From Fusobacteriota bacterium (lineage in GTDB: Bacteria > Fusobacteriota > Fusobacteriia > Fusobacteriales > JBNJFI01), in assembly GCA_051746725.1 (NCBI GenBank), contig JBNJFI010000003.1, positions 9,071-73,070 of the forward strand: 64,000 bases of DNA, written 5' to 3'. Numbering within the stretch: position 1 is the stretch's first letter; each line of letters starts with the position of its first letter. Made by a program: the position numbers and the translations under genes. The notes beneath the pieces are model-generated. The model had not been told where the DNA came from and made no database searches. It saw nothing but the letters and a program-made list of their open reading frames with translations. Below, in pieces: positions 36,931 to 47,225 of this stretch.

Positions 36931-38160
36931 ATGAAAAAAACAGAGCTTTTGTCGCCAGCTGGAAATATGGAAAAATTAAAAATGGTCTTGCATTACGGAG
37001 CTGATGGTGTTTATTTAGGTGGAGAACAATTTAATTTAAGATCATTAGCAGATAATTTTAATAAAAAGAAATTAAAAGAGGCAGTTGACTATGTTCATAA
37101 TCTAAATAAAAAAATATATATAACTCTTAATATTATCCCACACAACCGAGAATTAAAGGGTATGGTAAAATATGTAAAGTATCTAGAAGAAATCGAAGTT
37201 GATGGAGTTATTGTAGCAGATTTAGGAGTATTTGAAATAGTATCTTCAAATACTAATTTAAATATAAACATAAGTACTCAGGCTAATAATACTAATTGGC
37301 AAAGTGTAAAAATGTGGAAAAAATTAGGAGCTAAAAGAGTTATTTTAGCAAGAGAGCTTTCGCTAGAAGAAATTAAAGAGATAAGAGAAAAAGTTCCAGA
37401 TATAGAACTTGAGGTATTTATTCATGGTGCTATGTGTATGGCAATATCTGGAAGATGTCTATTAAGTAATTATATGACAAACAGAGATGCCAATAGAGGA
37501 ACTTGTGCCCAATCCTGTAGATGGAAGTATCATTTAATGGAAGAAAAAAGGCCAGGAGAATATTTTCCAGTTTTTGAAGATGAAAGAGGAACTCACATAT
37601 TTAATTCAAAAGATTTATGTTCTATAAAATTTATAGATGAAATATTAGATATTGGATTAGATAGTTTAAAAATTGAAGGAAGAATGAAGGGGATCTATTA
37701 TGCTGCCATAGTTACAAAAATTTATAGAAATGCCATAGATAAATATTATTCAAAAGAAGGATATAGATATAATGAGGACTGGTTAACAGAATTAGAAACT
37801 ACTAGTCATCGAAAATTTACTTCGGGATTTTACTATGGTCGTGGTTCAGAAAATATGCAAAATTATGATAGGCGGAATTCATATAGTAGAACTCATAAAC
37901 TAATTGCAAAAGTTTTGAAAAAAACTGATGATAATACTTATGAATTTGGTATTAGAAATAGAATTAGAAAAGGGACTCCAATTGAAATTGTAAGTACCGA
38001 TAATAAAATAATAAAAATTGTTATGCCCACAATGATTGATATTTCTACTGATGAAGAGATATTAACTGCTCATCCAAATACAACTATTAGAGTTAAGATA
38101 AAAAAAGAAAATTTACAGGAAATGGATATAATCCGAGTTAGACTGGACGACGAAAAATAA
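36931..38160 (+). CDS. U32 family protein (TrhP/YegQ-like tRNA hydroxylation protein)
   Basis: ELLSPAG, GADGVYLGG, ARELSL, HGAMCMAISGRCLLS...NRGTCAQSCRW, NSKDLC, KIEGRMK. Confidence 0.9.
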   Translation: MKKTELLSPAGNMEKLKMVLHYGADGVYLGGEQFNLRSLADNFNKKKLKEAVDYVHNLNKKIYITLNIIPHNRELKGMVKYVKYLEEIEVDGVIVADLGVFEIVSSNTNLNINISTQANNTNWQSVKMWKKLGAKRVILARELSLEEIKEIREKVPDIELEVFIHGAMCMAISGRCLLSNYMTNRDANRGTCAQSCRWKYHLMEEKRPGEYFPVFEDERGTHIFNSKDLCSIKFIDEILDIGLDSLKIEGRMKGIYYAAIVTKIYRNAIDKYYSKEGYRYNEDWLTELETTSHRKFTSGFYYGRGSENMQNYDRRNSYSRTHKLIAKVLKKTDDNTYEFGIRNRIRKGTPIEIVSTDNKIIKIVMPTMIDISTDEEILTAHPNTTIRVKIKKENLQEMDIIRVRLDDEK

Positions 38161-38184
38161 GAAACTAAAGTGAAGGAGGAAGAA

Positions 38185-39300
38185 ATGATTAATCAAAAAA
38201 GAATAATAAAAAATTTCATTGAAATGGCTGAGATATCTTCTCCCTCTTTAAATGAAAAAGAGATGGCCGAATATTTATTACAAAAATTGAAGAGTTTAGA
38301 CTTAGAAATATTAGAAGATGGATCTAATAAAATACCAAATGGAAACTGCGGAAATATAATCGCCAGGTTACCAGGATCTGGAGATTCCATAATGTTTAGT
38401 GCTCATCTGGATACAGTAACTCCCTGTGAAAACATTAAAGCAATAGAAAATAAAAATATAATCCAATCTAAAGGAGATACAATATTAGGGGGAGATGATA
38501 AAGCAGGAATTGCTGCTATTATCGAAATGATAGAAGTAATAAGGGAAAACGATATACCTCACCCCGATATATTTTTAGTATTTAGTGTTGCAGAAGAAAT
38601 TGGATTAAAAGGTGCTAGGGAAATAGAACTAGAAAAATATAGTGATATTAAATATGGCTTTGTGCTAGATGCATCAGGTTCTCCTGGAACAGTCGCAATT
38701 CAAGCTCCTTACCAAGATGAAATAAAATTAAGATTTATAGGGAAAGCAGCTCATGCAGGAATAGAACCTGAAAAAGGTATAAATGCTTTATATATGGCTT
38801 CTAAAGCGATATCAAAATTAGAAATGGGACAAATAGATGAATTATCTACTCTGAATCTCGGAATAGTAAAAGGTGGTTCAGCCACAAATATCGTAATGGA
38901 AGAACTTTTTATAAAAGGTGAAAGTCGTAGTTTTTCTGAAAAAAGGTTAGGTGAAAATGTTGAAAAAGTTATTGAAATTTCTAGAAATACTGCTGAAAAA
39001 TTTGGCGGGAATTTAGATTATGAGATAACCAGGCAATATAATGGGTTCAAATTAAAAGAAGATAGCAAAATATTAAAGTTAATAAAAAAATCATCTCAAA
39101 ATATAAATTTAGATTTTATAACTGAAAAGTCTGGTGGTGGAAGCGATACTAATATATATAATGAGTTAGGGATTCCAACGGCAAATCTAGGAATTGGAAT
39201 GAAAAAGGTTCATTCAACTGAAGAGAATATATTAAAAAAAGATTTAATTGATTCATCAAGATTAATATTAGAAATAACAAAAGAGTATTATAAGCAATGA
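38185..39300 (+). CDS. M20 family peptidase T-like metallopeptidase (intact active site)
   Basis: AHLDTV, LGGDDKAG, VAEEIG, VLD, AHAG..PE.G, GGSD, VHSTEE. Start at ATG 38185 after GGAGG. Confidence 0.9.
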   Translation: MINQKRIIKNFIEMAEISSPSLNEKEMAEYLLQKLKSLDLEILEDGSNKIPNGNCGNIIARLPGSGDSIMFSAHLDTVTPCENIKAIENKNIIQSKGDTILGGDDKAGIAAIIEMIEVIRENDIPHPDIFLVFSVAEEIGLKGAREIELEKYSDIKYGFVLDASGSPGTVAIQAPYQDEIKLRFIGKAAHAGIEPEKGINALYMASKAISKLEMGQIDELSTLNLGIVKGGSATNIVMEELFIKGESRSFSEKRLGENVEKVIEISRNTAEKFGGNLDYEITRQYNGFKLKEDSKILKLIKKSSQNINLDFITEKSGGGSDTNIYNELGIPTANLGIGMKKVHSTEENILKKDLIDSSRLILEITKEYYKQ

Positions 39301-40112
39301 AGTTAAATAAAAAAAAATCAGAGAGAAGAATTTATTATATAATATTTGTTGTAATAATCATTTTATTTTTTGCAAAAAATAATTTAGATAATATTGAAAA
39401 TTTTATAAATAAATTATTCTATCCGATTAAAACTAAAATATATAAATTAAATAAAGAAACGCGAAATGAATTAAATGATCTCATATACATAAAAAAAGTT
39501 ATACTTGAAAATAAAAAACTGAGATATGAAAATTATATTTTGAAACTTGAAAAACTAAAATTAGAAAAGTTAAAAGAAGAAAATGAAAGATTAAAAGAGA
39601 TATTAAATTTGAAAAAAGAAAGTGATATGAATTTTATTGTAGCAAATGTTGTATATAGAGAATCTATGGATATATACAGGGAATTAATCATTGATAAAGG
39701 TAAAAAAGATTCTATTAAAATTAATATGCCGGTATTACATAAGGATGCAATCATTGGAAGAGTAACAGATGTATATGAAGAGTCCTCAAAAGTATCTTTA
39801 ATTACAAAACATAATTTTAAAATAAGTGTTTTAACTGAAAATGAAAAAAATCTAGGTATATTAAAAGGAAACAATGGAAAAAAGTTGAGTTTACAAAATA
39901 TTATCATAGATTCTAAAATCAAAAAAGGTGATAAATTAATATCTTCTGGAATGAGTAATATATATCCTAAAGGCATTTCAGTTGGGATAGTTGATAATGT
40001 GGAAGATGATGAAAACAATATTTTCAAAGAGATAGAAGTTAGATTACCTTATAATATATTAGATCTAAATGAAGTAATGATACTTACGAAGGGAGAAAAT
40101 GAGAATGATTAA
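39297..40112 (+). CDS. mreC: Rod shape-determining protein MreC
   Basis: N-terminal TM, coiled coil ENERLKEILN, IDKG..DSI, IGRV, GDKLISSG..IYPKGI.VG. Confidence 0.88.
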   Translation: MKLNKKKSERRIYYIIFVVIIILFFAKNNLDNIENFINKLFYPIKTKIYKLNKETRNELNDLIYIKKVILENKKLRYENYILKLEKLKLEKLKEENERLKEILNLKKESDMNFIVANVVYRESMDIYRELIIDKGKKDSIKINMPVLHKDAIIGRVTDVYEESSKVSLITKHNFKISVLTENEKNLGILKGNNGKKLSLQNIIIDSKIKKGDKLISSGMSNIYPKGISVGIVDNVEDDENNIFKEIEVRLPYNILDLNEVMILTKGENEND

Positions 40113-40644
40113 AAAACATATAATAATATTTTTTCTAGTCATAAGTTCTTTTTTACTAGGGAATCAGTTTAAAGAAGTAGAATCATTTAATGCAAAAACA
40201 ACTGAAACTACTTTAAAAAACAATAAAACCACAGTTACTAAATATAAATTAAAACTAAAATTCCCTGATATGGTTTATAAGGAAATAACTTATCCAGAAA
40301 TGAACAGGGGAGAAGTGTACCTGTATGTAGAAAATGAGAAAAAAATTTATTATCCACTTTTAGAACAAATAATTACTCAGGAAATAGATGAAAATGAAAA
40401 TCAAATTCTCGGAGTTTTAAGAGATCTCAAGGAATCTGAAAAAACAGAAGAGATTAAATTTTTAGAATATGAAAACGGAACTAAAATTTTATTTAATAAT
40501 TATAAAAAAATAAATGGAATTAATTTTCCTACTACAGTAAAGATATATGAAGAGAATAATTTGATTTCAAAACTAGAGTTTTCTGATATCAAAATCAATA
40601 GTAAATTAAATAAAAAAGATTTCCAAATTGATATAAAGGAATAA
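40099..40644 (+). CDS. Exported beta-rich protein, LolA/lipoprotein-sorting-like
   Basis: Signal peptide; beta-strand-rich; PEMNRGEVYLY and FSDIKINSKLNKKDF resemble LolA-superfamily segments. Confidence 0.45.
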   Translation: MRMIKKHIIIFFLVISSFLLGNQFKEVESFNAKTTETTLKNNKTTVTKYKLKLKFPDMVYKEITYPEMNRGEVYLYVENEKKIYYPLLEQIITQEIDENENQILGVLRDLKESEKTEEIKFLEYENGTKILFNNYKKINGINFPTTVKIYEENNLISKLEFSDIKINSKLNKKDFQIDIKE

Positions 40645-40645
40645 T

Positions 40646-41362
40646 ATGAAAATAAGTAAAATTAAAGGATTGGTTATCAAAAAAGTTGATTATAAAGATG
40701 CAGATAGATTATTAATTGTATTTTCACCAACTTTTGGAAAACAAACTTTGTCGATAAAAGGAATTCGTAAATCTAAGAAAAGAGAAAAAATAGCAGCAGA
40801 TATATTGACTATATCAGAATTTGTTATTTATGAAAATAAATGGAAAACAATTTCAGATATACAGTTGATAAATTCATTTGATAATATTAGAGGTTCTTTA
40901 AATAAAATATTATATGGGTCATATATCTTGAAGTTAATTGATTTAGTTTTGATGGAAGAAGAAGAAAGAGAAGATTTATATAAATTAACAATCAGAGTTT
41001 TAAAATATATAAATAAAATCGATACCGAAGTTAAAATATTATATACGATTTTTAATTTTTTATTAGAAATAATTAAACAAGAAGGATTGGAAATAAAAAA
41101 AACTACGAAAACATCTGAAAAAAACTTTTATTTTGGCTTAGAGTATGGTAAAATAGAGTATAGGGAAATAAAAAAAGCAATAAAAATGAATAAAGGAGTT
41201 TTTAATATTTTTGACACTGTTTTAAGAAAAAAAACTCAAAAATTATTTAAAGAAAAAATAGACAAACAAGACATTTTTAGATCAATAGAAATTTTAGAAA
41301 ATTATTTGCAATATCAATTAGATATTAAAATAAAATTAAAAGACTTATTAGGGAGGATTTAG
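40646..41362 (+). CDS. recO: DNA repair protein RecO
   Basis: GLVIKKVDYKDADRLL..FS..FGK, KGIRKSK; no Zn-finger cysteines. Confidence 0.8.
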   Translation: MKISKIKGLVIKKVDYKDADRLLIVFSPTFGKQTLSIKGIRKSKKREKIAADILTISEFVIYENKWKTISDIQLINSFDNIRGSLNKILYGSYILKLIDLVLMEEEEREDLYKLTIRVLKYINKIDTEVKILYTIFNFLLEIIKQEGLEIKKTTKTSEKNFYFGLEYGKIEYREIKKAIKMNKGVFNIFDTVLRKKTQKLFKEKIDKQDIFRSIEILENYLQYQLDIKIKLKDLLGRI

Positions 41363-41365
41363 GAA

Positions 41366-41830
41366 ATGGACGTTCTTAAAATTACAGACTTTATATCAGA
41401 AGAATTAATATCATTAGATTTAAAAGCTAAAAACAAAGAAGAGGTATTAAGTGAATTAGTCGACTTAATGGATAAGTCAGAAAACATAACAGATAAAAAA
41501 GAGTGTTATAATGCCTTAGTTGAAAGAGAAAAATTAGGTAGTACAGGAATTGGAAAACAAGTTGCAATTCCACATGCTAAAACAACTCACGCCAAAAAGT
41601 TAACAATTGGCTTTGGGATATCAAAAAAGGGAATTGAATTTGATTCTTTAGATGAATTAGATACGAAAATATTTTTTGTTTTTGCATCTCCAGAAAAAGA
41701 TAGTCATAAATACTTAAAAATATTAGCAAGAATTTCTAGATTAATAAGAAATAAATCTTTTAGAAAAAATTTATTAGAGGCAGAAACTGAAAAAGAAATT
41801 TTAGATTTGATAAGTGAAAAAGAAATATAA
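41366..41830 (+). CDS. PTS EIIA type-2 (Ntr/fructose-like) stand-alone protein
   Basis: EREKLGSTGIG..VAIPHA with phospho-His, FDSLD, LARISRL. Confidence 0.9.
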   Translation: MDVLKITDFISEELISLDLKAKNKEEVLSELVDLMDKSENITDKKECYNALVEREKLGSTGIGKQVAIPHAKTTHAKKLTIGFGISKKGIEFDSLDELDTKIFFVFASPEKDSHKYLKILARISRLIRNKSFRKNLLEAETEKEILDLISEKEI

Positions 41831-41872
41831 TTAATTATAAAATATATATTGTATTGGTAGGTAGGTGATATA

Positions 41873-42340
41873 ATGAGATGCCCATTTTGTGACGGAGATA
41901 ATATAAAAGTAATTGACAGCAGAAATTTGTCAAATGGACGTGCAATTCGCCGAAGACGAGAATGTAGTGATTGCCAAAAAAGATTTACTACATATGAAAG
42001 AATGGAAAAAACTCCTATAATGGTTATCAAAAAAGATAATAGACGAGAAAGATTAGATTCTGAAAAGATTTTAAATGGATTATTAAGAGCAACAGAGAAA
42101 AGAAATTTTAGTAGAGAAGAACTAGAAAGTATTGTATTAGATATCGAAAAAGATATTTCCGATAGAAGTCTAAAAGGAGAAATAAAAACAGATGAAGTTG
42201 GAAATATAATTTTGGAAAGATTAAAGGAGTTAGATGAAGTAGCCTATATCAGGTTTGCTTCTGTTTATAAAGACTTTCAAGATGTAGAAGGATTCTTGAA
42301 AGAGATTGAAGATATCAGAGAAAAAATAAGTTCAAACTGA
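41873..42340 (+). CDS. nrdR: Transcriptional repressor NrdR
   Basis: MRCPFC, VIDSR, IRRRRECSDC..RFTTYE, ATP-cone, VAYIRFASVY. Confidence 0.97.
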   Translation: MRCPFCDGDNIKVIDSRNLSNGRAIRRRRECSDCQKRFTTYERMEKTPIMVIKKDNRRERLDSEKILNGLLRATEKRNFSREELESIVLDIEKDISDRSLKGEIKTDEVGNIILERLKELDEVAYIRFASVYKDFQDVEGFLKEIEDIREKISSN

Positions 42341-42354
42341 TATTTGTGTAGGGG

Positions 42355-43026
42355 ATGATAATTATGATTTCAGTCGAGGAAGTACAAAAAAATGAAGATG
42401 TAAAAACTTTAATTAAAAGAGCGGATTTATGTATGGAGGCAATTGGATATACAGAGCATGGATTCCGGCATACCAAAATTGTTTCTAAAGTTTCAAAGAG
42501 AATTTTAGAAGAATTAGGTTATGATGAACGAAGTTGTGAATTAGCTGCTATAGCAGGTTATTTACACGATATAGGAAATGGAATTAATAGAGTGAATCAT
42601 CCACATTATGGAGCTCTATTGAGTAAGGATATATTATCTGACATTGGAATGGGAATGGAAGAAATTTCATTAGTAATGTCAAGTATAGGAAGTCATGATG
42701 AAAGTTTTGGTGGGGAACCAGTAAGTCCGATTTCAGCGGCTTTAATATTAGCAGATAAAAGTGATGTGCATAGATCTAGAGTTAGGAGCACTGATCAATT
42801 ATCTTTCGATATTCATGATAGAGTAAATTACGCAGTTATACATTCTAGGTTGAAAATAAATAAAGAATCAAAAATAATAACACTAAAGTTATCTATAGAT
42901 ACTCAAATATCTCAAGTTATGGAGTATTTTGAAATATTTTTGTCTAGAATGGTTATTTCCAAAAAAGCAGCAGATTATCTAGGATGTAAGTTTAAATTAG
43001 AAATAAATGAGTCTAGTTTATTATAA
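42355..43026 (+). CDS. HD-domain phosphohydrolase
   Basis: GYTEHG.RH, LHDIGN, H..H, LADKSDVHRSRV, DIHDRVNYAV. The true start may be ATG 42364. Confidence 0.85.
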   Translation: MIIMISVEEVQKNEDVKTLIKRADLCMEAIGYTEHGFRHTKIVSKVSKRILEELGYDERSCELAAIAGYLHDIGNGINRVNHPHYGALLSKDILSDIGMGMEEISLVMSSIGSHDESFGGEPVSPISAALILADKSDVHRSRVRSTDQLSFDIHDRVNYAVIHSRLKINKESKIITLKLSIDTQISQVMEYFEIFLSRMVISKKAADYLGCKFKLEINESSLL

Positions 43027-43055
43027 TTTTAATTAATTAAAATTTAGGAGGAACG

Positions 43056-43496
43056 ATGGAAGTACTTATTATAAATGGTGTTAACCTGAACCTTTTAGGA
43101 ATTAGAGAACCTGATGTATATGGAACATTAAATCTAAAACAAATGGAATCAAAGATTAATGATCATGCTGAAAAATTAGGAATCGATTTAAAAACTTATC
43201 AAGGAAATACCGAAGGTGAAATAATAAAAAAAATTCATAAAGCTTATGAGGAAAAAATCGATTATATAATAATAAACCCAGCAGCACATACTCATTATAG
43301 CATTGCAATTAGAGATGCATTATCTGGAGTTGATATTCCAACAATTGAAGTACATATATCAAATGTTTATAATAGAGAAGAGTTTAGAAAAAAATCGGTA
43401 ATTGCTCCAGTATGCATAGGACAAATAACAGGCTTTTCTTATTATGGGTATTTAATGGCTCTTGATTATATAAATATGATTAACAAAACTAAATAA
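43056..43496 (+). CDS. aroQ: Type II 3-dehydroquinate dehydratase
   Basis: NG.NLNLLG.REP..YG, INPAA.THYSIAIRDA, EVHISN...REEFR. Confidence 0.96.
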   Translation: MEVLIINGVNLNLLGIREPDVYGTLNLKQMESKINDHAEKLGIDLKTYQGNTEGEIIKKIHKAYEEKIDYIIINPAAHTHYSIAIRDALSGVDIPTIEVHISNVYNREEFRKKSVIAPVCIGQITGFSYYGYLMALDYINMINKTK

Positions 43497-43523
43497 ATAC
43501 GATTAATAAAAAAAGAAAGAGGA

Positions 43524-44372
43524 TTGGATTTGAAAAATATTAAAAACATATCTTTAAATATTCTCAATGGAATTATAATAGGAGGGGCTAATGTTATTCC
43601 AGGTGTTTCAGGAGGGACTTTAGCTTTTATTTTAGGAATATATGAACAATTAACTGAGTCAATAGGGGAGTTTTTTCAAAATAAATCAAAGCGAAAAGAA
43701 TATATAAAATTTTTAGTTCAAATTTCTATTGGTGGAGTAATAGGGATTTTTTTATTTGCTAAAGTAATTGGTTTTTTATATTCTAATTATTCAGAATTTA
43801 CTAATTTCTTTTTTGTTGGACTAATAATGTCTTCAATTCCATTTATAATAAAATCAAATAAAAACATGGAAATAACGAAAGGGAAGTTTCTTTCTTTTTT
43901 GATAGGATTTTCTATAATAATTTTAATTAGTTATTCTAAATCAGATAATACTGATATGATACATGCAAAAAATCCAGATTTTATAATTGATAATTTATAT
44001 TTGCTGAAATTATTTTTTTGTGGTTGGATTGCAGCTGGAGCAATGGTTATACCTGGAATTTCTGGATCTTTGTTATTGATTTTACTAGGTGAATATCAAA
44101 ATATAATTTATTTTGTGAATTCTAGAAAATTTATTCCGATAATATTTATAGCTATAGGAGCAATCTTTGGAGTTTTATTTTTAGCTAAAATAATTGATAA
44201 ATTATTAAAAAATCATCATTCATTAACCTTGTATTTTATAATAGGTCTTATAATTGCTTCTATTGGAGAAATATGGCCTAAAAATATAAATTGGGGTATT
44301 AATATATTTTTTGATATTATTTTGGTTCTTGTTGGTTTTGGAGTGGCATATTTATTAGAAAACCTAAATTAA
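43524..44372 (+). CDS. DUF368 family membrane protein
   Basis: Two motifs, ANVIPGVSGGTLA...GIY and AMVIPGISGS, define DUF368. Confidence 0.9.
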   Translation: MDLKNIKNISLNILNGIIIGGANVIPGVSGGTLAFILGIYEQLTESIGEFFQNKSKRKEYIKFLVQISIGGVIGIFLFAKVIGFLYSNYSEFTNFFFVGLIMSSIPFIIKSNKNMEITKGKFLSFLIGFSIIILISYSKSDNTDMIHAKNPDFIIDNLYLLKLFFCGWIAAGAMVIPGISGSLLLILLGEYQNIIYFVNSRKFIPIIFIAIGAIFGVLFLAKIIDKLLKNHHSLTLYFIIGLIIASIGEIWPKNINWGINIFFDIILVLVGFGVAYLLENLN

Positions 44373-44383
44373 AAGGAGGAAGT

Positions 44384-44797
44384 ATGAAACTTTTTAATAA
44401 TAATATAACAGCTTTGGAAAAAAGTTTAGATGCATATTCTAAAAGATCAGACTTATTAGCAAATAATATAGCAAACGTAAATACTCCTAATTACAAAAGA
44501 CAGGATATTCAATTTGAGAATATATTAAGTGATGCCATTTCTTCTGATGAAGGAGCCACTATTTCGGGAAATGTAACTCAAAAAGGACATATTTCTATAA
44601 ATCCAGAAACAAATTTAGAAAATGTTAAACCAAAATTAATTACAGAGCAAAACACAAAGATGCGAAATGATAAAAATAACGTAGATATTGAAAAAGAGCA
44701 GGCAGAATTTGCAAAGAATAATATCCGATATAAATTTGCAACAGGAAGATTAACTCAGGAATTTAGAATATTAAATACAGTAATTAAAACTAAATAA
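44384..44797 (+). CDS. flgB: Flagellar basal-body rod protein FlgB
   Basis: LANNIANVNTPNYK..D, RND.NNVDIEKE. Confidence 0.93.
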   Translation: MKLFNNNITALEKSLDAYSKRSDLLANNIANVNTPNYKRQDIQFENILSDAISSDEGATISGNVTQKGHISINPETNLENVKPKLITEQNTKMRNDKNNVDIEKEQAEFAKNNIRYKFATGRLTQEFRILNTVIKTK

Positions 44798-44822
44798 TTC
44801 TTTTGAAAAGGTGGTGATCTAA

Positions 44823-45266
44823 GTGGGAGTTTTTGATATGATGAATATAAGCTCATCAGGTTTAACTGCAGAAAGATTGAGAATGGATGTAATATCTGAG
44901 AATATTGCAAATGCTGATACCACAGTGACAGAAAGTGGAGAACCTTATAGAAAAAAAAATGTGGTTTTTGAGCAAAGAACTAAAAAAAGTTTTCAAATTC
45001 CAATGAATGATAATTCTTCTAAGGAAATGCAAGTAGGAAATGGTGTTCGAGTAAAAAAAATAGTTGAGGACAAGTCTCCTTTCAAAAAAGAATACAATCC
45101 AGGACATCCCAATGCAAATGAAGATGGATATGTAATGAAACCGAATGTTAGTGTAGTAAAAGAAATGACTGATATGATTACAGCTAGTAGAGCTTATGAA
45201 GCAAATGTAACAGTATTAAATAATGCAAAGGGAATGGCTAACGCGGCTTTGAATATAGGTAAATAA
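44823..45266 (+). CDS. flgC: Flagellar basal-body rod protein FlgC
   Basis: SGLTAERLRMDVISENIANA, PYRKK, YNPGHPNA..DGYV..PNV, ASRAYEAN. Confidence 0.96.
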   Translation: MGVFDMMNISSSGLTAERLRMDVISENIANADTTVTESGEPYRKKNVVFEQRTKKSFQIPMNDNSSKEMQVGNGVRVKKIVEDKSPFKKEYNPGHPNANEDGYVMKPNVSVVKEMTDMITASRAYEANVTVLNNAKGMANAALNIGK

Positions 45267-45307
45267 ATAATAATAGGTTTTATAAAAAGTAGGGGGGATA
45301 AGATCTA

Positions 45308-45598
45308 ATGAAGATAAACAACCTTGGAATTCAGGACCTAGTAAAATTAAATCAAAAAAAGAACGTTAAAAAAAATGATGAAAATTTTGGTGATATTTTA
45401 AATAATGAATTAGAAAGTGCTAATAATTTGAAAAAATCGGCAAATAAGGCCAATCAAGCATTTCTAACTGGAAAATCTAATAACTTACATGAAGTGATGA
45501 TTGCAGGGCAGAAAGCTGAAACCGCAATCTCTTTTGTGGTTGAAGTAAAAAATAGAATTGTAGATGCATATAAGGAATTTGCAAGAATGCAAGTTTAA
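45308..45598 (+). CDS. fliE: Flagellar hook-basal body protein FliE
   Basis: LHEVMIA.QKA, EVKNRIVDAYKE..RMQV; lies between flgC and fliF. Confidence 0.92.
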   Translation: MKINNLGIQDLVKLNQKKNVKKNDENFGDILNNELESANNLKKSANKANQAFLTGKSNNLHEVMIAGQKAETAISFVVEVKNRIVDAYKEFARMQV

Positions 45599-45612
45599 TT
45601 TGGAGGAGTTAA

Positions 45613-47208
45613 ATGGAATGGTTTGAGAAGATAAAAAAAAGTTTTTTAGAAATATGGAATAAACTAAATAAAGCTCAAAAGATCATAATTTCTGCTGGGG
45701 TAGGATTATTTTTAATTTTTGTAATTATTTTATCTATAGCTTCTAACCGAGTAAATTATGTTCCTTTGTTTACAGAATTAACAGCACAAGATGCAGCTAA
45801 AGTAAGGGAAAATTTGGATAAATCAGGGATACCATATAAATTTTCTGGTTCAACAATTGAAGTTCCAGAGGAGCAGAAATATTCGGCAAGACTGGACTTA
45901 GCTAGAGATGGTGCTCTGCCTACAGGGGGAAGTGTAGGATTTGAAATTTTTGATAATACTAAAATAGGAGCTACAAAATTTGATAAAGAGATGATGTTTT
46001 TGCGGGCTCAAAAAGGAGAACTAGAAAAAACTATATCTAATTTGAGTAAAATAAAGCGAACTTCTGTGACAATAACACCTTCCAATGGATCAGTTTTTGC
46101 AGAAGAAAAGACTGATGCTAAAGCATCGATTTTAGTTCAATTAGAACCATTTGAATCTTTGAAACCTGAGAACGTTAAAAGTATTATGTTATTGGCTTTA
46201 AGTGCAGTTGAAGATCTTCATACAGATAATATAGAGGTTATTGATACAGAAGGAAATGTTTTATCTGATCAGGTTGAGTTTGAAGAAGATAGCAGTGTTG
46301 AAGCTTCTAATAAAAAGTTAGATTTACAAAAAAATATAGAAAAAGAGTTAGAAAGAAATATCAAAGGAGTTTTAAGTGCTCTTGGTGGTGGGAATTATAG
46401 GGTGAAAGTTTCAGCAGAACTGGATTTTGATAAACAATCTATGGTCAAAGAAGAATATACTACCCCTACTATATCTGGAGATCAAATAGCTCAAGGTTTA
46501 ATTCGGAGTCAACAGGTTGAAAAAGAGGAAGTTAGAAGTGATACAGATGAGAATTCTCAAGGAGTTCCTGGGACTGATTCCAATGTCCCTGGGTATGTAG
46601 GTGAAGATTCTGAAGATGGAGAAAACGGATACTCTAAAGAAAAAAACACAGTAAACTATGAGATGAATAAAACTAACACAACTTTTGAAAAATCAACAGG
46701 TGTCATAAAAAGATTAACAACCTCAATAGTTTTAAACAAAAAAGCAAATTATTTTAATAATAGCGAATTTACTGAGGAAGTAAAAGTAAATTTTGAAAAT
46801 ATGGTAAAAAATGCAATAAATTTTAATGAAAATAGAGGAGATTCAATTAATGTTACAGCTATAGAATTTAATACTGAAACAATAGATAGATTTCAAGAAG
46901 AGATTGAAAGTAGAGAAAAATTACAACAAAGGATATTGCTTGGTGTAGTTATAATAATTGGGTTAGCTGTTTTATTTGGATTAATTACATTTATTAGAAG
47001 AAAAATTGCTGAAAAGAAATTAAGAGAAAGAGAGAAACGTGAAATGGAAGAGATGATTCCAGACTTTGAAACAGAAGGAATATTAGGCGAACAGTTATCC
47101 GTTGAAGAGCAAGAACGAAAAGAACAAGAAGAAGGTATAAAAGGATTAGCAAAAAAACAACCAGAAGATGTTGCTAATTTAATACAAACGTGGTTGACTG
47201 AAGAATAA
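45613..47208 (+). CDS. fliF: Flagellar MS-ring protein FliF
   Basis: Two TMs, GFEIFD, RAQ.GEL..TI, DAKAS, GVPG..SNVP, NYE, RGDSI.V, C-terminal IQTWL. Confidence 0.93.
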   Translation: MEWFEKIKKSFLEIWNKLNKAQKIIISAGVGLFLIFVIILSIASNRVNYVPLFTELTAQDAAKVRENLDKSGIPYKFSGSTIEVPEEQKYSARLDLARDGALPTGGSVGFEIFDNTKIGATKFDKEMMFLRAQKGELEKTISNLSKIKRTSVTITPSNGSVFAEEKTDAKASILVQLEPFESLKPENVKSIMLLALSAVEDLHTDNIEVIDTEGNVLSDQVEFEEDSSVEASNKKLDLQKNIEKELERNIKGVLSALGGGNYRVKVSAELDFDKQSMVKEEYTTPTISGDQIAQGLIRSQQVEKEEVRSDTDENSQGVPGTDSNVPGYVGEDSEDGENGYSKEKNTVNYEMNKTNTTFEKSTGVIKRLTTSIVLNKKANYFNNSEFTEEVKVNFENMVKNAINFNENRGDSINVTAIEFNTETIDRFQEEIESREKLQQRILLGVVIIIGLAVLFGLITFIRRKIAEKKLREREKREMEEMIPDFETEGILGEQLSVEEQERKEQEEGIKGLAKKQPEDVANLIQTWLTEE

Positions 47209-47225
47209 GGAAATGGAGTGAAATT

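Noticed and set aside
44344..44359. TGGCAT-N5-TTAGA upstream of flgB as a sigma54 promoter
   Set aside because: Lacks the -12 GC, lies inside the DUF368 coding sequence very close to the flgB RBS, and the local NtrC-like protein lacks GAFTGA.
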